From: a virus
DNA length: 43,750 nt
Virus record (IMG/VR): IMGVR_UViG_3300033143_003067
Reading direction: 5' to 3' (one strand)
Shown piece by piece: positions 17,857-24,624 of the stretch (within the stretch, counting starts at the first letter, position 1; every line of letters begins with the position of its first letter). Both the position numbers and the translations under genes were made by a program. Under the pieces are notes generated by a model. That model was not told where the DNA came from, made no database searches, and saw only the letters and a program-made list of their open reading frames with translations.

Positions 17857-18219
17857 TTATTTAATTATATATTCCAGTTTTCTTACTAATTCTTCTTGAG
17901 ATTCTTCTAAATCATCAGTAGTAATATATCTTGTTTCCCCGTTATAAGCTAACCTTCCAATTAAAAGATGTATCATTTCGTGTTTAGCCACTATTTTAAT
18001 ATCTTCATCTGTAATTTTTTGGTAATTAACCCACTCTTCTGACAAAGTAATAGTAGCTATATATCCATTAAGATTATGATTTATACTCGCCCTATTTGTG
18101 TTTTTTTTCGCCCATCTAAAATGTAATTCCCAATTATGTAATTCAAATCTATCTTGCCAATATAGACATTCTTTTTTAAAATTATCAAAATGTTTATTTG
18201 TTAGTTTCATATTTGGCAA
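17857..18219 (-). CDS. Putative Zn-metallopeptidase-like protein (HExxH)
   Basis: It carries the VAKHEMIHLLIG motif. This is a track ORF of 120 aa. Confidence 0.5.
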   Translation of the reverse strand: MPNMKLTNKHFDNFKKECLYWQDRFELHNWELHFRWAKKNTNRASINHNLNGYIATITLSEEWVNYQKITDEDIKIVAKHEMIHLLIGRLAYNGETRYITTDDLEESQEELVRKLEYIIK

Positions 18220-18262
18220 GTGTATAATTCATAGATGTTATAGTGTTATTTAAGGTTTTCTT

Positions 18263-18367
18263 TTAAGGATAAGAAATTGAGCCGCAACCACAACACCATT
18301 GACTCATAAATCCACCGTGAGGAATATATATAAAATCGGGCATTTGAGGAAACTTTATCTTTTTCAT
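18263..18367 (-). CDS. Possible 34-aa Cys-rich peptide (…SQWCCGCGSISYP)
   Basis: Hand-translated ORF that fills the gap between two track ORFs. Confidence 0.3.
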   Translation of the reverse strand: MKKIKFPQMPDFIYIPHGGFMSQWCCGCGSISYP

Positions 18368-18375
18368 AGTTATAT

Positions 18376-18573
18376 TTAATTAGGTTTATTAAGTTCATCT
18401 AAAATAAAATCAGCTAATTCTGAATGAGTTGAATATTTTGTTTCAACTTTAAACTCTTTAAAAATCTTTATTATTTCTTTTTTAAGTTTTGCTTTCTTTC
18501 CTTTATTAGCTATACTAATTTTCTTTTTAGTTTCGTCCGAAAGTGGTTTTCTTTTATAAACTCCTGTTGGCAT
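18376..18573 (-). CDS. Stand-alone NUMOD3-like DNA-binding module (65 aa)
   Basis: MPTGVYKRKPLSDETKKKISIANKGKK closely matches the N-terminus of the 14947 HNH protein (MPTGIYKHKPLSKEHKRKISEAMKGK). Confidence 0.6.
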   Translation of the reverse strand: MPTGVYKRKPLSDETKKKISIANKGKKAKLKKEIIKIFKEFKVETKYSTHSELADFILDELNKPN

Positions 18574-18919
18574 ATTCTTTTAATTCTTTTAATACATTCT
18601 CATAATAAAAAATAGTTTGAAAAGAAACTTTGCTCCTACCAAGTGCTTTTTTCTTTAATTCATTATACCACAAAATACCCTTTTTCTCTACAATCTGGTC
18701 TGTTATCTTTTTTGGGTCTTGATGATGTAAAACGAAATGGCAACCCACACAAAGAGAAATACCATTATCTATATCAAAGCGTAGATGAGCATAACTTCCT
18801 TTATACCAGAAATGATGAACTTGAATTGCGGGTTTGTCGCATACTTCACATTTTGGCTTCAAACATACTTGAAAATATAACCTGTCTGCTTCTTTTCTTA
18901 ATCGTTTCTTTTTATCCAT
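18554..18919 (-). CDS. HNH endonuclease (121 aa)
   Basis: CEVCDKPAIQVHHFW..DNGISLCVGCHFVLHH matches the HNH motif. Confidence 0.8.
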   Translation of the reverse strand: MDKKKRLRKEADRLYFQVCLKPKCEVCDKPAIQVHHFWYKGSYAHLRFDIDNGISLCVGCHFVLHHQDPKKITDQIVEKKGILWYNELKKKALGRSKVSFQTIFYYENVLKELKEYANRSL

Positions 18920-18996
18920 AGATTAAAAACTGCCAAATTAACATACATTCCCAACAAATCCCAGAAGTGGTGTCGGTTTGGTTTATATAACAGATT

Positions 18997-19152
18997 TTAC
19001 AGGTCATTTATCTTCTTTTTTAAGTATTCAATAAACTCATCAACTTCTGCTTGAGCCATCATACTTCCTGTGTCAACATTCATTTCATTTTTCCATTCAA
19101 TATAATTTTCGGGTATTTGTTTAATTATTTCTTGTTTTGTTTCTTTTTTCAT
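18997..19152 (-). CDS. Small acidic protein (51 aa)
   Basis: Hand-translated as MKKETKQEIIKQIPENYIEWKNEM...; 52 codons checked. Confidence 0.45.
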   Translation of the reverse strand: MKKETKQEIIKQIPENYIEWKNEMNVDTGSMMAQAEVDEFIEYLKKKINDL

Positions 19153-19168
19153 ATATCTTTATGAGGAG

Positions 19169-19744
19169 TTAGAAATCTAATAATAGTAATCCGTCTTTTT
19201 TTATTTCTCCAAACTCGCTGTTAAAATCATTAGGATTAAATGGTTCTGTTATTATATGAGTTCCGTTTTTTGTAGGATATTGAAGGATTGTTTTTACTCC
19301 AATTTCCTTTAAATGATTTTCAACCATAGTAGAATGAAAAATTATATCATCAATATCTATCAAAAACTTTGTTTCAGCCCGACTGCTTGGTTTCATTAAA
19401 CTACTAATCCATTGATTTTTAATATCCAAATAAAATCCGTGCTTACTATCTACATCATAATAATCAGCGTCTAATTGTCTTCTTTTAAACTCTCTAATAG
19501 TTTTTTCAATATCTCGGGCATTAACACAACTATAAATCCTCATAGGAACATTGCTTTCGGCTTTTAATTTCTGTAATTTCTCCAATACTTCAATAAACTC
19601 CTCTCGGTTTTTAGTTATTCTTTTAATCCCATTTTTTTGCAGTCTGTTAGATTTTCCGCCTTCTTTATTTCTATGAACAAGCATAATAAACCTATATCCG
19701 TCCATAAAATCTTTAAATATCTCCTTTATATTATTCTTGGTCAT
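19169..19744 (-). CDS. Hypothetical protein (191 aa)
   Basis: Track ORF. It contains FLIDIDD and KNGTHIITEP motifs of uncertain meaning. Confidence 0.6.
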   Translation of the reverse strand: MTKNNIKEIFKDFMDGYRFIMLVHRNKEGGKSNRLQKNGIKRITKNREEFIEVLEKLQKLKAESNVPMRIYSCVNARDIEKTIREFKRRQLDADYYDVDSKHGFYLDIKNQWISSLMKPSSRAETKFLIDIDDIIFHSTMVENHLKEIGVKTILQYPTKNGTHIITEPFNPNDFNSEFGEIKKDGLLLLDF

Positions 19745-19803
19745 AAAATTAGTATCCTTTTATTTTTTAATAGATACTATGTCTTTATTTAGTATGTCTT
19801 TAT

Positions 19804-20010
19804 TTATAGTTTTATTAGGTTAGTTTTAGAGTTTTGTAATTTTATTGCTAATAACACAAAACCATAGAATCCTCCTATAAAAGTAAGAATAAATCCGAAT
19901 GGATTTTCTATTCCTATAATCAATCCAATAAAACACAAATAAAACATTACAGGTATTGGATATAACATTGGGATTAAAAATCTTTTTAAAGTTTCTTTAT
20001 TCATAGTCAT
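19804..20010 (-). CDS. Two-TM small membrane protein (68 aa)
   Basis: Track ORF with segments IPMLYPIPVMFYLCFIGLIIGI and ILTFIGGFYGFVLLAI. Confidence 0.6.
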   Translation of the reverse strand: MTMNKETLKRFLIPMLYPIPVMFYLCFIGLIIGIENPFGFILTFIGGFYGFVLLAIKLQNSKTNLIKL

Positions 20011-20011
20011 A

Positions 20012-20176
20012 TTAGGTTATTTTCTTTAATAATAAACAAACCCCGAAAATACCAATAATAAACCCTCCTAAAAAACTGAAAATATATGAAATTGGCGGTT
20101 CAATTAAAACATTCATTAAATATCCCCATAATCCTCCCGCTATAAGTATAATAATTATCTTTATTGCTATTTTCAT
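20012..20176 (-). CDS. Two-TM small membrane protein (54 aa)
   Basis: Hand-translated as MKIAIKIIIILIAGGLWGYLMNVLIEPPISYIFSFLGGFIIGIFGVCLLLKKIT; 55 codons checked. Confidence 0.5.
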   Translation of the reverse strand: MKIAIKIIIILIAGGLWGYLMNVLIEPPISYIFSFLGGFIIGIFGVCLLLKKIT

Positions 20177-20188
20177 AAGGTTATTAGG

Positions 20189-20422
20189 TTAGCCAGAGCC
20201 ATAGCCAGAGCCAGAGCCATAGCCAGAGCCATCGCCAGAGCCAGAGCCATAGCCATAGCCATCGCCATAGCCATAGCCATCGCCATAGCCAGAGCCAGAG
20301 CCATCGCCATAGCCATCGCCATAGCCAGAGCCATAGCCAGAGCCATAGCCATAGCCATAGCCAGAGCCATCGCCAGAGCCATCGCCAGAGCCACGCATAT
20401 ATTCTTTATCTATTGTTTCCAT
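20189..20422 (-). CDS. Glycine-dipeptide repeat protein, METIDKEYMR-(G-[S/D/Y])x33-G
   Basis: Track ORF. Its ATG overlaps the end of the upstream gene, and its stop lies 12 nt before the next ATG. The codons form a strict (GGC-TCT/GAT/TAT) array. Confidence 0.55.
   Translation of the reverse strand: METIDKEYMRGSGDGSGDGSGYGYGYGSGYGSGYGDGYGDGSGSGYGDGYGYGDGYGYGSGSGDGSGYGSGSGYGSG
20192..20392 (-). repeat. About 33 tandem hexamers, GGC-[TCT/GAT/TAT] on the - strand
   Basis: On the + strand this reads as AGAGCC / ATCGCC / ATAGCC units without interruption. Confidence 0.9.
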
Positions 20423-20769
20423 ATTTTTACTGAAGCTATACTTTCTTGAGCTTCTTTAGAACAATCCAAGATTTCTATTGCTTCTAATAGTTCAACACTA
20501 TCTACTTCTACTGGAAACTTACAATTTTCAGGTTTGGATACTCCTTCCATTGCTAATTGGGATAAAGAAGCCGCACCTTCCCAATACCACAATCTACGAG
20601 CTTTTAATAATATAACTTCTTTGTTTTTTCGGCTTTTTAAATATCCAGCAAAAACTCCCGCTGAATAAGTGCGAATAATCACATAAGGCATTCCTTTTAA
20701 AGAAATAGCTTTTGTTTTAACTTCGCTTTGTGGGACATATTTTATCCCGTCTATTGTTATTGTTTTCAT
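20410..20769 (-). CDS. Hypothetical protein (119 aa; RLWYWEGAASLSQLA motif)
   Basis: Track ORF in the early operon. Confidence 0.65.
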   Translation of the reverse strand: MKTITIDGIKYVPQSEVKTKAISLKGMPYVIIRTYSAGVFAGYLKSRKNKEVILLKARRLWYWEGAASLSQLAMEGVSKPENCKFPVEVDSVELLEAIEILDCSKEAQESIASVKIWKQ

Positions 20770-20799
20770 AATTATTTACCCATTCCCATAAATAGGTAG

Positions 20800-20979
20800 T
20801 TAGTCATAGTTAGAAAGCAGTTTAAAGCTCCAGCTCCCGCTCCCGCTCCTGCTACTGCTCCTGCTACTGCTCCCGCTCCAGCTCCAGCTCCTGCTCCAGT
20901 TCCTGTTCTCGCTCCCGCTCCAGCTCCAGTTCCTGCTCCAGCTCCAATTTAATATATTATAAGAATTTATTAAAAACAT
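20800..20979 (-). CDS. Repeat microgene unit A. The ATG frame gives MFLINSYNILNW + W/S/R-rich (59 aa). The +1 frame gives Gly-Ala repeats. The frame is unresolved.
   Basis: Hand-translated. 20 GGAGCN-type hexamers lie at 20826-20946. All three - strand frames are open. Confidence 0.35.
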   Translation of the reverse strand: MFLINSYNILNWSWSRNWSWSGSENRNWSRSWSWSGSSSRSSSRSGSGSWSFKLLSNYD

Positions 20980-20994
20980 ATTACCAAAAAGCAG

Positions 20995-21135
20995 TTAAAA
21001 GCTCCAGCTCCTGCTCCTGCTCCAGCTCTCGCTCCTGTTCCCGCTCCAGTTCCAGCTCTTGCTCCCGCTCCTGCTCCCACTCCTGTTCCCGCACCATCTC
21101 CAATTTAATATATTATAAGAATTTGTTAAAAACAT
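20995..21135 (-). CDS. Repeat microgene unit B, paralogue of unit A (ATG frame 46 aa). The frame is unresolved.
   Basis: The ATG lies 1 nt after the stop of 21137..21448. 17 hexamers lie at 21001-21102. The 44-nt head is identical to unit A apart from 1 nt. Confidence 0.35.
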   Translation of the reverse strand: MFLTNSYNILNWRWCGNRSGSRSGSKSWNWSGNRSESWSRSRSWSF

Positions 21136-21136
21136 A

Positions 21137-21448
21137 TTACCAATTGGGAGACCAAAAACTCTCAATAGCATTTCTCATAACATATACATTACTTGGAAGT
21201 TCTTGCTTATCTACTGGATTACTTGCTTTAAGTTCGCCAGTTTCATAAATTATGCTTGCTTTTGTAAGCTCTATGTAATTAGCATTTATGCTTTCGACCT
21301 TTCCGTAATAAATATATCTCGCGCATTGAAAGAGATATGTCTTGCCAATAAGCTCATCAAGGTTCTCTATTTCTTGAACCTCACTTTCGCCTGATTGTTC
21401 TTTTATCTTGTCATAGGTTTCATCTGAAACCTCAATTGTTTTTGTCAT
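21137..21448 (-). CDS. Hypothetical protein (103 aa)
   Basis: Track ORF. Confidence 0.65.
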   Translation of the reverse strand: MTKTIEVSDETYDKIKEQSGESEVQEIENLDELIGKTYLFQCARYIYYGKVESINANYIELTKASIIYETGELKASNPVDKQELPSNVYVMRNAIESFWSPNW

Positions 21449-21519
21449 CTTATTTTCTCAATCCCATAAATTGAGTATTAACTTATACATTTTTATCTTT
21501 AATCTTATTGATTATTCTC

Positions 21520-21602
21520 TTTTGGGGGGCGAGGTATACCTCCTATCCATAGTCCCTATCACTAAGGCATTAGGATTTCGCTGGTAGCCCAGACCCCCAG
21601 AA
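21520..21602. other. GC-rich multi-hairpin element in an intergenic gap (candidate small structured RNA)
   Basis: The closing helix is TTTTGGGGG 21520-21528 / CCCCCAGAA 21594-21602. Inside are the palindrome GAGGTATACCTC (21531-21542) and three 4-bp hairpins. Confidence 0.35.
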
Positions 21603-21639
21603 AAAAACAATCTTTATATATCTCTTTGTTGTTTCATAG

Positions 21640-21876
21640 TTATTTAAGTTGTTTTAAAATGTCTTGGAGGGCTTGGTTATTTCCAGCAGAAAAAGCCATT
21701 GATTGTCCCCTAAAATGTGAATACTTTTTTTGGTCTACTTTATTCTCAAAATCTTTTCTGGTAATTATATTCATTCCTTTAATTACATCTCTAACTTTTT
21801 TAATAGCATCATCTTCCCCCTTTTCATATCCCTCTAATTTAGCTAATGCTATTATTTCTTTGTTTTCTTCAGTCAT
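21640..21876 (-). CDS. Hypothetical protein (78 aa)
   Basis: Track ORF. Confidence 0.6.
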   Translation of the reverse strand: MTEENKEIIALAKLEGYEKGEDDAIKKVRDVIKGMNIITRKDFENKVDQKKYSHFRGQSMAFSAGNNQALQDILKQLK

Positions 21877-22049
21877 AGTTATTTAAGTTTATTTAATATA
21901 TCTTGGAGTTTTTGATAAGTATGGCAAGTATCACATCCACCACAAAATTGATTTTCATGGTGAAATCAAATATATAACTATACAGGCGATTAATATAACA
22001 ACGAATAATGTATCCATTTTTTTGTCAGTAGTTTTTATTAAGCTACTGA

Positions 22050-22238
22050 ATAGAATGCTGAATTGTTATAGCTTGGGCGAATTCTTTATATGCCTTTAGG
22101 CAATATGTAAGAATTGTTGATGAACAAGTTAGATACAAGCTGATTAGTCAATTAAGATTAATACTTTGCTTGGTGCAACCCAAGTTATAAACAGATTACG
22201 CTCTTGCGACAATCTATATTCAGCATTCTATCAAGAGC
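22050..22238. repeat. 14-bp perfect long-range inverted repeat closing a ~180-nt non-coding segment, interleaved with a 7-bp inverted repeat
   Basis: ATAGAATGCTGAAT 22050-22063 pairs with ATTCAGCATTCTAT 22218-22231. GCTCTTG 22200-22206 pairs with CAAGAGC 22232-22238. Confidence 0.8.
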
Positions 22239-22475
22239 TTAGATTTCTTTTAATTCAAAATCTTCGTTTTTTAATTCTTTGTTTCGTAATTCTTCTAATA
22301 CTTCAGTTATTTGAATTCCGTCTATATTATCAGCTATTTTATTAAACTCTTTTGCTATAAAAAACTCTGATAATTTCTGGGCTTCGTCAAAAGTTAATTC
22401 TGAATTTTTAGCGGAAAAAGTATCACTTTCATAAACTCTTAAATAATCTGTAAGAACATTTATGGGATGTCTCAT
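22239..22475 (-). CDS. Hypothetical acidic protein (78 aa)
   Basis: Track ORF. Confidence 0.6.
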   Translation of the reverse strand: MRHPINVLTDYLRVYESDTFSAKNSELTFDEAQKLSEFFIAKEFNKIADNIDGIQITEVLEELRNKELKNEDFELKEI

Positions 22476-22564
22476 AATTCTAATTATTAACTTTTCTAAT
22501 GAACGACCTTTTGAGGATTGCTCCTCATTCTGCCTCAGGACACGCTCTAAAGCAGAATCAAGAG

Positions 22565-22873
22565 CTATCTTTTATTAACCTTGTGTCGTTTTCGGCATTT
22601 CATTCTATTTAAAATCTTTTTCTTTAATCCTCTTATTTTTTTAAAAGTATCTTGGCGGATTTTCTTATTTTCTTTTAAACAATCATTGAAACCCTGCCGA
22701 TATGCTTCTATTAGTTTCTCGGCAAGGAATTGCTTAATGTCTTCTAACGCACTTTCTGGTAGATATTCAGGAATACCATCTATATCTTTGCCATAATAAC
22801 AACCTCCGTGTTCTTCACTAAACTTCTCATCAAACTCCTCGCTTATTTTTTTATCTAACTTTGAGATAGACAT
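22565..22873 (-). CDS. Hypothetical protein (102 aa), paralogous N-terminus to 23359..23652
   Basis: KLDKKISEEFDEKFSEEHGG...IKQFLAEKL resembles KLKPKIEKEFDKKFQEYDG...IEQFLAEKL in 23359..23652. Confidence 0.6.
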   Translation of the reverse strand: MSISKLDKKISEEFDEKFSEEHGGCYYGKDIDGIPEYLPESALEDIKQFLAEKLIEAYRQGFNDCLKENKKIRQDTFKKIRGLKKKILNRMKCRKRHKVNKR

Positions 22874-23354
22874 TGATTTTGTCTCTTGTCTCTTGCCTGT
22901 TAATATTTATTATATTTTTTAAGATTTCGTCTTCACTTTTTGAAATCCCTTCTGTATAATGAATAGGACAAAAAGGATTAGTTCGAAAATTACTACACTT
23001 ACAACCATATCCAAGTTTAGTAAGAATATGCTGTAATCTTAAAATCATTTCTTCTGGCTTCCATTTTTTGGGTTGGGATTCTTTCTTATCAAATCGTGTT
23101 TTTCCACATTTTTTACACCTATAACCATTATAACAATATACTGGATTACTATTGCTATGAGAACCTACAATAAATTCCCATTCGTGGTCGCATTTTTTTG
23201 GTTGGGAGTTTACAGCTAATTCCACACCGCATTCTTCACACAAATATTTGGCATTGTCTTCTTCTTTATTATGGGAATCTATTAGTTCGTTGATTTTTTC
23301 TCCTATCTCATATCTACTTAAACTTTTTCCTAAATCTAACTTTTGTATTTTCAT
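22851..23354 (-). CDS. Cys-rich multi-zinc-ribbon protein (167 aa)
   Basis: CEECG..KKCDHEW, CKKCGK and CKCSN..FCPIH motifs. Confidence 0.6.
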   Translation of the reverse strand: MKIQKLDLGKSLSRYEIGEKINELIDSHNKEEDNAKYLCEECGVELAVNSQPKKCDHEWEFIVGSHSNSNPVYCYNGYRCKKCGKTRFDKKESQPKKWKPEEMILRLQHILTKLGYGCKCSNFRTNPFCPIHYTEGISKSEDEILKNIININRQETRDKINVYLKVR

Positions 23355-23358
23355 AGTT

Positions 23359-23652
23359 TTATTTTAAGTTAAATAATCTTGGTTTGCCACAAATCTTACA
23401 ATAACTTCCACTTAAAAACCAAATATATTTATATTTACAACCAAATATTTTATGAAGTATTTTATAGATTTGTATTTTCATATTTATTTTTAAATCTTTT
23501 TGAGCCAGTTTCTCGGCAAGGAATTGCTCAATGTCTTTCTTTAATAGAGCATCACAATATCCTTTATTATTTTTAATCCAAATACCATCATATTCTTGAA
23601 ACTTCTTATCAAACTCTTTTTCTATCTTAGGTTTTAACTTTTGTATTTTCAT
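23359..23652 (-). CDS. Hypothetical protein (97 aa) with a C-terminal CxxC
   Basis: Track ORF with a YCKICGKP tail. Confidence 0.6.
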   Translation of the reverse strand: MKIQKLKPKIEKEFDKKFQEYDGIWIKNNKGYCDALLKKDIEQFLAEKLAQKDLKINMKIQIYKILHKIFGCKYKYIWFLSGSYCKICGKPRLFNLK

Positions 23653-23656
23653 AGTT

Positions 23657-24040
23657 TTATTTTATCTTCTTATAAATTACATAATTCTTATCCCGACTTA
23701 ACTTAATACCATACTTTTTCCATTGTTCATTTACATATTGTTCTTCTCCTAAATCTCTTAATAAACCGGAAGCGAATACTATCTTAGCTGTTTGCTGGAC
23801 ATACTTGCTTTTAACACTATTATCAAATTCTTTTCCTTTTAAACCATAAACTTCTTTATTAGTTTGTTTTCTGGCTCGGAAACCTTTTAAGCAATCGTAT
23901 CCTTCTAAGGCCAGATTATGTTCTATTAAATCGTGGAGTTTGGTTTTGAGATGGATTTTGAGTTCAGGGGTTTTGTTTTTTGTTTCAGAAAAGAGATATC
24001 CTATTGTTAAGAATAGTAGGGCTATGAGTAGGGAGTTCAT
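23657..24040 (-). CDS. Secreted or membrane-anchored protein (127 aa)
   Basis: The N-terminal hydrophobic segment is MNSLLIALLFLTIGYLF. Confidence 0.6.
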   Translation of the reverse strand: MNSLLIALLFLTIGYLFSETKNKTPELKIHLKTKLHDLIEHNLALEGYDCLKGFRARKQTNKEVYGLKGKEFDNSVKSKYVQQTAKIVFASGLLRDLGEEQYVNEQWKKYGIKLSRDKNYVIYKKIK

Positions 24041-24195
24041 TTTTCTTTACAAACTTTACATTTATATTTTGGATTTAATTTCTTATTATTCTTATCCATT
24101 TCTCTACGGCCTTCTGCTGTTTTACATTGAGGACAGTATTTGTCTTTACCTTTTGCTTGAACGCTACAATGGGAACAAAGTGTTATTATTGGCAT
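24037..24195 (-). CDS. Zinc-ribbon microprotein (52 aa)
   Basis: Hand-translated as MPIITLCSHCSVQAKGKDKYCPQCK...CKVCKEK. It is ATGA-coupled to the next gene. Confidence 0.5.
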   Translation of the reverse strand: MPIITLCSHCSVQAKGKDKYCPQCKTAEGRREMDKNNKKLNPKYKCKVCKEK

Positions 24196-24197
24196 AT

Positions 24198-24443
24198 TTA
24201 TCTAGGTTTTTTAGGTTTAACTGAAACTAACTTATAATAACGATATGATGAAATCATTGGATTATTATCATAATATAGTGCGATAATATCATATCCTTTT
24301 TCTTCCCAACATCTTTTACATAAAGATAAAGTGCTATATTCCTCCCAACTTTTATCCCATAAAATAGGCACTTCTTTTATTTTCCAACTTACAACTAATG
24401 TTCCACATTCATCACACGCTTTACTTTTTTTGTAGCTTTTCAT
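24198..24443 (-). CDS. Zinc-binding small protein (81 aa)
   Basis: ACDECGT...LCKRCW. Confidence 0.6.
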   Translation of the reverse strand: MKSYKKSKACDECGTLVVSWKIKEVPILWDKSWEEYSTLSLCKRCWEEKGYDIIALYYDNNPMISSYRYYKLVSVKPKKPR

Positions 24444-24444
24444 A

Positions 24445-24624
24445 TTATTTAGTTTCTTCTATTTCAGGTTCTATTATTATTTTATAAACACCACTGGGAA
24501 GTTTAGGAATATCTTTTATATTGTCATATTCATCTAATCCTGTATCCACCTCAATTCTAAAACCTTTATCTGTTCTTAATTGTTTTAGGAATACATCGTA
24601 TCCTTTGAAGACTATTTTTTCCAT
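24445..24624 (-). CDS. Hypothetical protein (59 aa)
   Basis: Hand-translated as MEKIVFKGYDVFLKQLRTDKGF...EPEIEETK, one codon below the track cutoff. Confidence 0.5.
   Translation of the reverse strand: MEKIVFKGYDVFLKQLRTDKGFRIEVDTGLDEYDNIKDIPKLPSGVYKIIIEPEIEETK

Noticed and set aside
19169-19744. Minimal archaeo-eukaryotic primase (AEP) call based on FLIDIDD and KNGTHII motifs
   Set aside because: The motif spacing (~30 aa) and the total length (191 aa) are shorter than I expect for AEP domains, and a third motif is unclear. I left it as hypothetical.
20173-20394. Track ORF encoding (MA/LA)n across the hexamer array
   Set aside because: It is an alternative frame of the same repeat. It lacks the operon-coupled start that the Gly-X frame has (ATG 20422 overlapping the upstream gene) and would overlap the next gene's start. 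I kept it only as a frame ambiguity.
20192-21102. Repeat arrays as CRISPR
   Set aside because: The period is 6 nt with no spacers, the arrays lie inside an operon, and no cas genes are present.
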